In this document: positions 27,194-39,204 of the stretch, piece after piece
Numbering within the stretch: the stretch's first letter is position 1
Layout: every line of letters begins with the position of its first letter
Source: Mobula hypostoma
Taxonomy: Eukaryota
Direction of reading: 5' to 3'
NCBI RefSeq assembly: GCF_963921235.1
Contig: NC_086097.1
Location: forward strand, 91,390,001-91,454,000
Length of the DNA stretch: 64,000 bases
The notes under the pieces: generated by a model
Told to the model about the DNA's origin: nothing
Databases searched by the model: none
The model's input: only the letters and a program-made list of their open reading frames with translations
Translations under genes and position numbers: made by a program

Positions 27194-27949
27194 TTACATG
27201 GACCCAGCGATGCAGACACTGTTGTTTAACCCTCGCCATCCTGGGTTCCATCCTGTTGAATACACCCCCCCCCCACCCTCCCATGTAGCCCATAGTCTTG
27301 GAAAGCCTTTTGGGTCACCAGGAGGCTCCCATGGGGGTGGGGGGGAGTGTACTGTCATGGTCCTGTCTGTGAAGTCCACATTCTGGTTCACAGCCCGGTC
27401 CATCAACCCTTGTTCTGGGTTTTCCTATTTGCTCCCTTGTTCTGTTGGTTGCCTTGATTGAGGCACCTGATTCTCATTTCAGTCTGGTACATAAATACCT
27501 CTGCAAAACAAGGATGGCTGGGGACTGTTCCCTTTCCCTTCCTTCTGAAGCCTCACCTGCATCCCCATCAAGTTCAACTGCCAGAGTGAGACCAGAGCCT
27601 TGCCACGCCAAGATAAGGAAATATTTATCGTTTGGTTTGCAACTGTCTCTTTGTGTCCCTGTGTTTAGTGTTCATGTCAAAGAAGAGTCCTGGCCCTAGG
27701 TCCTGCTTCCCAAGGAGGGTTCCTGGCTCTGTTCCATGTTCCTGTGTTCAAGTTCAAGGCTCTGTGTTCCTGTGCTCCAAGACCAAGTCCAGGGGCCGTG
27801 TTCCAGCCCTGTCCAAGTCTGAGCTTCGTGTCCTCATCCAGTTCTGGTGCCTCGCCCAGCCCAGGAGTACCTCGCACAGCCCGGTGCTGGAGATTCCTCG
27901 TCCTGTGCTTGATCGTCCCCATCCGAATCCTCGGCAAGTATCCTCGGCA

Positions 27950-28140
27950 GTCATCCCGGCCGTGCGTCCTAGGAAGCATCCTGGCCCTGCGTCCTAGAAA
28001 GGGTCCCAGCCCTGTGAGAGGATCCCGGCCCTGCATCCTAGAAAGGATCCCAGCCCTGTGAAAGGCTCCCGGCCCTGCATCCTAGAAAGGCTCCCGGCCC
28101 TACGTCCTAGTAAGGGTCCCGGCCCTGCACTCCAAGGATT
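27950..28140 (+). repeat. 25/19-bp minisatellite in LTR2
   Basis: Units like tcccggccctgcgtcctagaaagg, about 8 copies versus about 2 in LTR1. Confidence 0.85.
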
Positions 28141-28252
28141 CCTGGCCTTGTACCCAAGAGCCTAACTAAGCTGAGTCCAAGAGCTGAGCCAAAACTAGTC
28201 CAAGAGCCTCGTCCTGCCCTGGAGTTCCCTCATCCTGTCCAGGAGTCTCTTG

Positions 28253-28466
28253 TCTAGTCCAAGCCACGTCCAAGAACCTCGCCCAGTCCAAGCCACATCC
28301 TAGAACCTCACCCAGTCCAAGCCACGTCCTAGAACCTTGCCCAGTCCAAGCCACGTCCCAGAACCTCGCCCAGTCCAAACCACGTCCTAGAACCTCGCCC
28401 AGTCCAAGCCACATCCTAGAACCTCGCCTAGTCCAAGCCACGTCCAAGAACCTCATCCTGTCCAAG
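28253..28466 (+). repeat. 29-bp minisatellite in LTR2
   Basis: Unit cccagtccaagccacgtcctagaacctcg, about 7 copies versus 2-3 in LTR1. Confidence 0.9.
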
Positions 28467-28828
28467 TCAAGGCTTTGTGTTCTCATCCTGTGCAGGAGTT
28501 CTACATCCAGTCCTGTAGCCACGTCTTGCCCTAACGCCTGGATCCGGGGTCCAAGCCCGAGTCAAGACCCAGCTTCCGGATCCCTGTCCAGTCTCTGGCT
28601 CGGAGTCCTAGCCCAGGCTCCTAGTTCCAAGTTCCTTGTCCTGGTCCCGCTTTCCTAGTCTTAGTCCTGGTCCAGGCCCAGTGTCCTTGTCTTGTCCAGG
28701 GCCTGTGTCGATGTCCAATGTCGCTTCTTCCTGACTCCCCTTGCTTTCTTGATAAACCTTGTCCTGTTCCTAATACTTCAGTGTCTGTGTCTTGCATTTG
28801 GGTCCGCTCCCAACGCCCTCTTGTAACA

Positions 28829-29045
28829 GCAGGAGGAACTCAGCTGGCCAGGCAGCATCTGGGGAAAAGAGTAAACAGTCAACATTTTGGGCCAAGACCC
28901 TTCATCAGGACTGGAAAAAGAGAGGAGAAGTCAGAGTTCTCCTCTTTCTTTCTAATCCTGATGAAGGGTCTTGGCTCAAAACATCAATTGTTACACTTTT
29001 CCATAGATGCTATCTGGCCTGTTGAGTTCCTCTAGTATTTTGTGC
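28829..29045. mobile_element. Fold-back pair of PLE pseudo-LTR ends; left portion at 25912-25968, split by the LTR element
   Basis: Minus-strand (28877-28912) and plus-strand (28954-28989) decayed hammerhead motifs within inverted arms. Confidence 0.8.
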
Positions 29046-29460
29046 ATAGTGCCTTGGGAAGTCCAGATTGAGAAAGCATTTTTCTGAGTGTAAGAAAGCC
29101 AAATACCAGGAGCTGGTAGAGTAGTGCCGGAGACAGGTGTGGAGGGCATGATGCAGACCTATAGAAGTGGAGTGTAGAGGTTTTGTTAGCTACTCGCAGT
29201 GCAGAACCCCACTCTCCCTTTGGGGGTCCTGCAAAGAAAAGAACCTCCAGGACCATAACAGAGACTGCTGAGTGAGCCTGCAGATGGCTATGGATCAAGA
29301 GGTGTGACCTGTGGACCAATGCTGTGGGACACAAGCTGGGGTCTGATCAACTCTGGCTAGGTCACTTGGGCAGGGGTGTCAGATGTTGAAAGACCTGAAA
29401 CACCAGATGACCCCAGGTTACATCACTGATGATGTGTCTCTGCGCATCCTAGGATGTATC
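29045..29460 (+). mobile_element. Hero/R2-superfamily LINE 3' fragment (restriction-like endonuclease)
   Basis: VPWE...AKYQELVE...PIEVECRGF...RWLWIKR remnants followed by a 3'UTR. Confidence 0.6.
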
Positions 29461-30979
29461 TCAGCATCGACCTGCACTGCACTTACTCTGTAGCTGTTGC
29501 AATTTATTCTGAATTCTCTTATTATTTTAACCCAAACTGTGCAATCTTTTAATCTGCATGAGCAGTATGCAAGACAAGATTTTCACAGTGCCTCAGTACA
29601 TATGACAGCAACAAACCAATTCCAATTCCAAACTTTTTCCCAGGGTAGGGGAGTCAAAAACTAGAGGACATACGCTTTAAGTTAAGAGAGAAAAGAGCTC
29701 CCAGGGGCAAGTTGTTCACACAGAAGGTGGTGAGTTTATTGAACAAGCTTCCAGAGGAATTGGTAAGAGGTGGGTACGATCAGTGTTTAAAAGACGTTCA
29801 GACAGGGTTATGGATAGGAGCGTTTTAGAGGGATATGAACCCAATACGGGGAAGTGGGATTAGTGTAGATATGCCTCTCTGTCAGCACAGGCAAATTGAG
29901 AGTAATGCCTTTCTCCTTGCTGAACAACTCTGACTCTCTGTGACCCCCCAAGTCCATAACTCTTCACACCGATGTAAAATTATGTAAAGTTACTAGTGTT
30001 TTATTGATTATCTAATTATTCATATTCCATCAAAATTAGATTATTCTGAGAGAGTTGTCATTTTCAAAGTGGAATGTGATCAGTTTTGGCACCTGCTTGA
30101 GGCAGTAAAAATGCAAATGAATCGTATTTATTTTGAAATGAGCTGGACGTCATCAATCAATCCTCTGCTTTGGCTTCCATAGTATTGCGACTTTTCATCA
30201 GAGACACAAAGTATATGCATCAGCAGATAATTCTTTCCAGTCTGCTATCATTCAGCTCTCTTCTCTGTGTCCTCCACTCCTTTGAGGTATACCCTGGGCC
30301 TGCTGCGTTCACCAGTAACTGTGTATCGCTTGAAATTCCAGCGTCTGCATATTTCCTCATGTTTGCAAAAATAAGCTTACAGCCTGTTGTGTCCTTACAG
30401 CTCTTTAAGAGAGCAGTTCATAGCAGCTCAGGCCCAGGTTGGTGCCTGGCGTCCTAGCCTGGCTAATGTGCAAAAGCTTCATGTGGGCAATGAAAACTAC
30501 TGCTTTTAACCATATTACTTGAAATTGAATCGTTGACTGGTTCCACACTCTCAATCTCTCTGCTGCTTCTCTTACCCTCCCTTATCATATGTTTCCACAA
30601 ACAGACTTGATTTGCTGACTTTCAGATAACTGGGTTTTCATTTAAGTCCATCAAGTTAAAAGGCTAACAGTAACTGTGTCATTTGATTTTTCTCCCTCTC
30701 TGTTTTGTTATGCTATCACTTACAATTGGCATCTCATTGGTATAAACACTTCAGACTTTGCGCTTTCTAACAGTCAGGAAAACACAGGCGGGATAATTAA
30801 CTGGCCTCGACGTTCAACAGGTTTATTTCAAAAATTAATTACAACATCACACTTATCTCTGTCATCACCCCACCCAGTCAGTTTAACATGCATTGTGAGG
30901 TTTATGATAGAATAGCTGCATATATTTTCAAACTGGGCATGTTTTCACAAAGCACTTTAAGTGATTTCTAAAAGAAATA

Positions 30980-31298
30980 TAAAAAAAAAGGCATCCATTA
31001 GTCTTGCGAGACCATGGATCTGCGCCTGGAAAGTCTTCACTCTCCAGGGCGCAGGCCTGGGCAAGGTTGTATGGAAGACCAGCAGTTGACCATGCTGCAA
31101 GTCTCCCCTCTCCACGACACCGATGTTGTCCAAGGGAAGGGCAAGGGCCGAAACAGCTTGGCACCAGTGTGGTCGCAGAGCACTGTGTGGTTAAGTGCCT
31201 TGCTCAAGGACACACACGCTGCCTCAGCTAGGGATCAAACTCACGACCTTCAGATCGCTAGTCCAATGCCTTAACCACTTGGCCACTTGCCCACTGGC
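30980..31298 (-). mobile_element. tRNA-derived SINE with CORE-like body and bipartite RTE-like tail
   Basis: Head gtggccaagtggttaaggc...gagtttgatccc; body gtgtccttgagcaaggcacttaacc; TSD AAAAGAAATA at 30970-30979 and 31299-31308. Confidence 0.8.
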
Positions 31299-32805
31299 AA
31301 AAGAAATAGAATACATTATAAATCATACAGTATAATAGTGGTCAACAGCAATGAATTGACAATAAATGTATATGCAGGAGTGTACGGTCACCAAATTCAT
31401 AGTCACCACCACTGCTTGTGCAGGCAGAAAGTATAACACACATGGAACGTGCTCAGTAAAATTCTTAGAAAGAAGTTGACGATTGTCAAACATGATAGGA
31501 TCGAACCCACCTCACTAGAGCTGTGAGGTGGCAGTTCTGTCAGCTGCAACAGTGTGTGAAGCCTGGGAGACTCCTGGAGTGAGAGCTGAGCAAAAACAGC
31601 ATATCCACTAAACAGATACCCCCCACCCCCACCCAGAAACTGCCCTTACAGCTTTGACATCTGACATGGTTCTGCCATTGGCATTGCTGAATGTCAGAGC
31701 TGTAAGCCCTCTAAATGAGTCTGATATTTAGAAATGCACAAAATATTATAAAATAGAAATAAATGAATTTAAAAGAAAATCAGATCACTTAGAAGCATAT
31801 GAATAATTGAACCAAATCACATCCTTGTAATTCTTGATGAAATTAAGGGGGATTACAGATCCTGGATTGTATTTAACCTGGAACAGAATACAAAGGCAGA
31901 TTCACCAGCATCAGCGCTGGGGAATCACAGCAAGGCAGAGCTACTCTGCAGGAGTCTAACAGCACAGGTGGAATATTTTCAGTGAGGTTTGTAGACAGAA
32001 GTTGATGCCTATTGTTTCTGTTGTTTGATATATAGATGACAGGGTTTTGCCAGCTGTCAGTTTCCGGGGCAGTTTCAGTTTGAACCAACTACAATACACC
32101 ATGAGAGGCCCTGTCCCTGTTCAAGTCTTGTCAAGGAGGCTTTGGGCAATGAGGGAAGTCCTTAGGTTGGTAAGAGCATAAGGTGACCACTGCCAAAGTA
32201 AGTCTGACTGTGCAGAAATAGAATTTTTAAGTAGCAAGACAAAAGTGGGCAATGGGTGATGTGGTTAAGTTGCTACCCCACAGCCTCAGTGACTTGGGTT
32301 CAACCCTAATCCCCATTGCTGTCCATGTGGTCAACTTTGCCTCCTTTCCCATCTATGCCCAATAATTTCAATTAACCCACTCCAAACATTATTTTTTTTT
32401 CAGCTTGCCCTCTCCCCACTTCCCCATCAGGCAAAAGATACAAAAACTTGAAAACACACATTACCAGGTTGAAGGACAGCTACAATCCGGCTGTTATAAG
32501 ACTGTTGAACTGACATCTTATAAGCTAAAGATGGACTCTACCTCACAATCTACCTCGCCATGGCCCTTGTGTTTCATTGTTTACCTGCACACCATCCTCT
32601 CTGTAATTATGTTCTACATTCTGATATTGCTGTCCCCTTGTACCACCTCGAAGTACTCATGATCTGTATGAATGGCTTGTAAAACTGCGTTTTCCCACTG
32701 TTTCTCAGTATGTGACAACAATAAACTGAGATAAAAGGATGAAGATGGGAATAAAATTTCACAGATAAGGCATCTTTAACAAATCAATAATATTGGAAAT
32801 CTGAA

Positions 32806-35075
32806 GTATAGAATATAGAATAGTACAGCACAGTACAGGCCCTTCGGCCCACAATGTTGTGCCAACCCTCAAACCCTGCCTCCCATATAAGCCCCCACCT
32901 CCATTTCCTGTCTAGTAGTCTCTTAAACTTCACTAGTGTATCTGCCTCCACCACTGACTCAGGCAGTGCATTCCACACACCAACCACTCTCTGAGTAAAA
33001 AACCTTCCTCTAACATCCCCCTTGAACTTCCCACCCCTTATCTTAAAGTCATGTCCTCTTGTATTGAGCAGTGGTGCCCTGGGGAAGAGGCGCTGGCTAT
33101 CCACTCTATCTATTCCTCTTATTATCTTGTACACTTCTATCATGTCTCCTCTTATCCTCCTTCTCTCCAAAGAGTAAAGCCCTAGCTCCCTTAATCTCTG
33201 ATCATAATGCATACTCTCTAAACCAGGCAGCATTCTGTTAAGTCTCCTCTGTACCCTTTCCAATGCTTCCACATCCTTCCTATAGTGAGGCAACCAGAAC
33301 TGGACACAGTACTCCAAGTGTGGCCTAACCAGAGTTTTATACAGCTGCGTCATTACATCGCGACTCTTAAACTCTATCCTTCGACTTATGAAAGCTAACA
33401 CCCCATAAGCTTTCTTAAGTACCCTATCCACCTTTGAGGCAACTTTCAGGGATCTGTGGACATGTACCCCCAGATCCCTCTGCTCCTCCACACTACCAAG
33501 TATCCTGCCATTTACTTTGTACTCTGCCTTGGAGTTTGTCCTTCCAAAGTGTCCCACCTCACACTTCTCCGGGTTGAACTCCATCTGCCACTTCTCAGCC
33601 CACTTCTGCATCCTATCAATGTCTCTCTGCAACCTTTGACAATCCTCTACACTATCTATAACACCACCAACCTTTGTGTTGTCTGCAAACTTGCCAACCC
33701 ACCCTTCTACCCCCACATCCAGGTCGTTAATAAAAATCACGAAAAGTAGAGGTCCCAGAACAGATCCTTGTGGGACACCACTAGTCACACTCCTCCAATC
33801 TGAATGTATTCCCTCCACCATGACCCTCTGCCTTCTGCAGGCAAGCTAATTCTGAATCTACCTAGTCAAACTTCCCTGGATCCCATGCCTTCTGACTTTC
33901 TGAATAAGCCTACCACGTGGAACCTTGTCAAATGCCTTACTAAAATCCATATAGATCACATCCACTGCACTACTCTCATCTATATGCCTGATCACCTCCT
34001 CAAAGAACTCTATCAGACTTGTTAGACACGATCTGCCCTTCACAAAGCCATGCTGACTGTCCCTGATCAGACCATGATTTTCTAAATGCCCAGAGATCCT
34101 ATCTCTAAGAATCTTTTCCAATAGCTTTCCCACCACAGACATAAGGCTCTCTGGTCTATAATTACCCGGACTATCCCTACTACCTTTTTTGAACAAGGGG
34201 ACAACATTCGTCTCCCTCCAATCCTCCGGTACCATTCATGTGGACAACGAGGACATAAAGATCCTAGTCAGAAGCTCAGCAATCTCTTCCCTCGCCTCAT
34301 GGAGCAGCCTGGGGAGTATTCCGTCAGGCCCCAGGGACTTATCTGTCCTAATGTATTTTAACAACTCCAACACCTCCTCTCCCTTAATAGCAACATGCTC
34401 CAGAACATCAACCTCACTCATATTGTCCTCATCATCATCAAGTTCCCTCTCATTGGTGAATACCGAAGAGAAGTATTCATTGAGGACCTCGCTCACTTCC
34501 ACAGCCTCCATGCACATCTTCCCACCTTTATCTCTAATCGGTCCTACCTTCACTCCTGTCATCCTTTTTTTCTTCACATAATTGAAGAATGCCTTGGGGT
34601 TTTCCTTTACCTTACTCGCCAAGGCCTTCTCATGCCCCCTTCTTGCTCTTCTCAGCCCCTTCTTAAGCTCCTTTCTTGCTTCCCTATATTCCTCAATAGA
34701 CTCATCTGATCCTTGCTTCCTAAACCTCATGTATGCTGTCTTCTTCCACCTGACTAGATTTTCCACCTCACTTGTCACCCATGGTTCCTTCACCCTACCA
34801 TTCTTTATCTTCCTCACCGGGACAAATTTATCCCTAACATCCTGCAAGGGATCTCTAAACATCGACCACATGTCCATAGTACATTCCCCTACAAAAACAT
34901 CATCCCAATTCACACCCGCAAGTTCTAGCCTTGTAGCCTCATAATTTGCCCTTCCCCGATTAAAAGTTTTTCCTGTCCTCTCTGATTCTATAGTTTTCCA
35001 TGATAATGCTAAAGGCTAGGGAGCGGTGGTCACTGTCCCCCAGATGCTCACCCACTGTGAGATCTGTGACCCTGA
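32806..35075 (-). mobile_element. CR1 (HER1-like) LINE, 5'-truncated, relatively young
   Basis: ORFs 34236-34913, 33858-34235 and 32784-33821 with YMDFSKAFDKV, SGVPQGSVLGP, KFADN, HLEYCVQFW; ctattctat tail. Confidence 0.95.
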
Positions 35076-36499
35076 CCCAGGTATTAAGAGTGAATGCTGA
35101 AAAGATGAATCAACGTTGAAGAGGAGAGACCAGTCTATGTTTAACGCAAAGTGTTTGTCTCTTAAATTGGAAGTGGATGGTTGGAAAATTGGGTGGCCAA
35201 GCAGAAAGCTGCACCATTAATTCACATAATCTCCAATCAGATGTCAAAATCTCAGGATTTTGTGGAATAATCTATATCCTTTGCTAAATTTGATTAAACG
35301 CTGTAGTATGGCAGAACATCAGTCAGCAGTTAATTTTCAACAAATTTTTGATTGTTTTAAATCAGCATTTTAATTTGTGTCACAGCTGGCATCTGCAGAT
35401 TGCGATTAAATTAAAATGTGAACAGAGTTTCTTTGTGACATGCTGTAGGTTTAGAGCAATTGACTAGACAACAGAAAAATAAGGTCAAATAAAATAAATA
35501 AATAAAGATTTCTTCTGAAGTATTCTGCTACGAATTATTCCTGAAACTATCCATGTTCCAGACTTAAACGTAATCATAGAGACCCAGAATTCCAAAAATT
35601 ATCCCTACAGCAGACCCACATAGTCACAGATGTACATTATTCCTGGAACTATTGACATACCAGACTTACAAACAGTTTGCAACTGTGGGTTCGTGAGTCA
35701 AAAAAGTGACCTCAAGTTGCCTTTGTGTTTCAATTCTTTTCCTACATTACTGCAGGCTGAACCCAAGTAATCAATGGGTTCCATTTTTACAAATGTCCAT
35801 CAGTCAATTTTGTCTATAAGTTGGAAAATACATTACAAAAAACTCCATATGCTAACCATACCTCCAACAGTATTTTAATGAACAGCATTGAAATCAGCTA
35901 AGACCAATAATAAACACAATTACTAAATGTAATGAAAGAGAGGAAACTGGTTCTGCTGCTCATATGATGGAATGTCTATACATACTGTACTTTGGACTTT
36001 TGAATTTACTGATATTATGTAAACTGCTTTGTACATGGGGGTGACTGTAGATATGTAACCTGGGATGGCGAGTGTCTGTATATTTATTAGAAATTGGAGA
36101 TGTATTATTTTAACACTTCAAGACTAGAAGAGAGCTGGTGCATGGCTGTATTTTGGAGAGGAACAATGATTCATTTCATTTTACTGTTATTAAACAGGAG
36201 GGGTAAGACTGACCCAAGAGTTTCCGTTCTCATATGGGAAAGGCTAATTTTAGTAAAACTTCTTTATTCTCTTTTTCTTTTGCGATATGGGCATTGTTGA
36301 CAAGGTCCGCTGCAGTAGTTGGCATTCAATGAGTGGGCATCTAAGGTAAATATGTTCTCACAAGAGTAAAGAGTGGGAGTCCCAAATCTAGAGCCAAATG
36401 GATAGCAGGCAGCATACAGAGTAAGGCAAATGAAAGGAAGACTTCTATCAGATACCTGAAGCTTAAGGCTGCAACAATTGTAAAGGAACGTAGTTGGTA

Positions 36500-37245
36500 A
36501 GATAGACAGGGTAATGGCAAACAACATTTAATACTGATAAGTGTGAGGTGATGCATTTTGGGAGGCCAGAATGGGTAGAATATATGCCATGAATGGTAGG
36601 GTCCAAGGGAGTATTAAGAAACAGAGGGACCCCTGTGTATGTCCAAGTACCTCTGAAGATGGAGCAGAGGTAGATATGGTGGTGGAGGAAACATATGAGA
36701 CACCCATCTTCATCAGTCAGGTTATAGAATATACTGAAAGAGCAAGGAGGCTATGGTGCAACTTTATGAAGTATTCATTTGACCACAGCTAGAGTACTAT
36801 GGCCTGGAGTACGGTTGGAGAGAGTGCAGAAGAGATTCACCAGGATGCTGTCTGGGTTGGAACATTTCAATTATGAGGAGAGATTGGTTATACTAGGTTT
36901 TTTATGCTTTGACAGATGGTGGAATACAAAGTTATGAAGTGTACAGTTAGAGTTGTTAGTAGGTATAACACAGGTATTTAGAACTGTATTAGAGGCCATA
37001 AACTTAGGGTTAGGAGCAAGAGATTTAGAGGGGATCTGAAGATGAATGTTTCCATCCAGAGGATGGAACACACTACCTGGGTGAATGGTAGAGGCAAGTA
37101 CTCTCATAATGTTGAAGAATTAATCAGACATGTACAATGATATAGACAGCTATGGACCCAGTTCTGGTAAGTGGGATTATCACAGTTAGATACTTAATAG
37201 TCAGCATGGACATGATGAGGTAGTTCTGTGCTGTATGATTCTATG
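36500..37245 (+). mobile_element. CR1 3' fragment, old
   Basis: aagtgtgaggtgatgcatttt (KCEVMHF); ggagagagtgcagaagagattcaccaggatg (ERVQKRFTRM); tgtatgattctatga tail. Confidence 0.75.
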
Positions 37246-39204
37246 ATGGATGAATATAGGAAGCCCATGGGGGCAGGTAGAAAAGATATCATGTTAACAA
37301 AGGAAAGGTATGAAAGGTCATTGACAGGAGAACTTCAGGATATTTAAAAGACACATAAAAAGTGAGAGGGCAATCAAGGAGAGATTAGAAGACTTTTAGA
37401 TGACCAGCAAATGTGGCAATGGGAGATGTGAGTTAGTTCTTTAAACATGTTTGTCTGTAGACACTGTAGTTGACAGGAAAATATAAAAATATCTTTGGTA
37501 AGCATTGAGTGGAGGGTATATTAATGGATTTAGAATCTCTTCAAATTAGATAGTTCACCATGCATGGAAAAAGTGTGCACATCATTTTCAGATAAATGAG
37601 AGAGAAAGTAGCAAGAGCTCTGACTGTCATCTCTAAACCTCCTTTCCAGTAAATTGGAAGATGGCTGACAGCATACTGCTGTTTGAAAAAGGAGAGGAGA
37701 ATAGCTCCATTAACTGCAGTGGTGAACAAGTTATTGGTAGAATCTGTGAAAGGCAGTATTAACTTATGTTTAAAAAGATGTGCAGTGAGAATGGAATTCA
37801 AAGGAGGCCAGATTTGTCTTATCTGATTCAGTCACTTCTGATGGCAATAAGGGGAGTCATGTGATGTTTTGATGTGTTTAAATGGATTTTAGAAAGGACT
37901 TTGATAAGACTTCAGCATCTCTGATCCACTCATTGCAGCCTCAAACCCTCCTCCCAGCAAGGCCTCTGCTCACTGCCCTGTACCCACCCAACAAACCCAA
38001 ATGGTGTTCTAGCCCTCAATTATTCCAAGGATCATATTTCCTTTGCACATTCCATAGTGTGCGGAGAGAAGTACAGATCACCATATCAGTAAATCTCAGG
38101 CCATTGAATGGAGCAGCCATTTATGAACTGTGTGCCCACTGGCATATTAGCATCTTTGGGCCTATGCTCTGTATGGCCGAATATTCTTTTCTGTCAAGAT
38201 TGACTTGTACTTCTCCCTGGGAGATCAACCTGCAACTGTGGGAGGGCCCTGGCCAGTCCTATTTTCAGCCCTTCCACAGCCATGCATGCTAGGATTTATA
38301 TCAGAGATGTTCTGAGCTCTGTGATGCACGGTTTGGCCAGCTATCCTTCATGAACAAAATCAGTTCTTTCCCAACTGTGCATGTGAACTGTGCTGTATAT
38401 TCATTAGGATGCTCTGGGCATCGTAATGCAAGTTAAAGGCATCAATAACCATATTTTTAATTCTGATGTACACCAGAAACCAATAAATATTCTACTATTT
38501 TCTGGTGCTTTAAGGTACAAGATGGCCAATGACATTCAGGGTAAAGGACCTTGGCTGTCAGATCATCATTTCTTGTCAATTCAAGTAAGTCAAACATAGA
38601 CACCAGTAGATATTCAGCAACTGCATTAGAGCTTACAATATGGGATTCCTCCTTCCTCATCAGTGAGGAAAGCTTGTGCTAAACCTGAAGGATTTCACAG
38701 GGTAGTGTGTTTCATCAGTTGGTCTTTCTCAGAAACTTCCAGTAGGGTGTTAACCATATGGCTAAAAGGGTCTGTGTGCTTTCGTGGAAACCCCGGTCCA
38801 CAGCGCAGTGTATGGTGTTTTACATTTTATTTGCATATGCCTTTACACAGGAGACAATTCAAGTCTATACCAGCTAACTGAGCAAAGCTCAGTTATTTTT
38901 CCTGTAACATACCCTTTTCCACCTCTCCACCATTTCTAATGAACTCTACAGACTAGGGGCAATTTACAGTGCACATTCACTACCAATTCTCACATCCCTG
39001 AGATGTGGGGGGAAGCTGGAACACCCCCCCCCCAGAACAGAGAACTGTACAGCACTAGAACAGGACCTTCATCCCACCATGTCTAACCAACCATAATGCC
39101 AACCTAACTAATCCCATTTGCCTACACGTGATCCATATCTTCCCTTCTCTGCATGGTCACATCTACCTAAATGTCTCTGAACCATTGCTTCTACCATATG
39201 ACCA

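Larger units (their letters stand above)
25969..28828 (+). mobile_element. Complete non-autonomous LTR retrotransposon (Tf1/sushi-like): two LTRs and a 172-bp internal region
   Basis: LTR1 25969-27180 and LTR2 27353-28828, both TGTCAT...GTAACA; G-rich PPT about 27333-27347; 5-bp TSD GCAGG at 25964-25968 and 28829-28833. Confidence 0.92.

Noticed and set aside
28253..28466. 29-bp repeats as a CRISPR array
   Set aside because: Head-to-tail units without unique spacers, inside a eukaryotic LTR, with no cas genes
26332..28522. Many overlapping 60-120 aa ORFs as genes
   Set aside because: By-products of stop-poor tandem repeats within the LTRs
31183..31292. tRNA gene (also about 57490-57560 and 19870-19935)
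   Set aside because: A/B-box heads run directly into SINE bodies, with no convincing full cloverleaf
37882..38881. ORFs in non-repeat-looking sequence
   Set aside because: No recognisable domain or exon structure; lengths are compatible with chance
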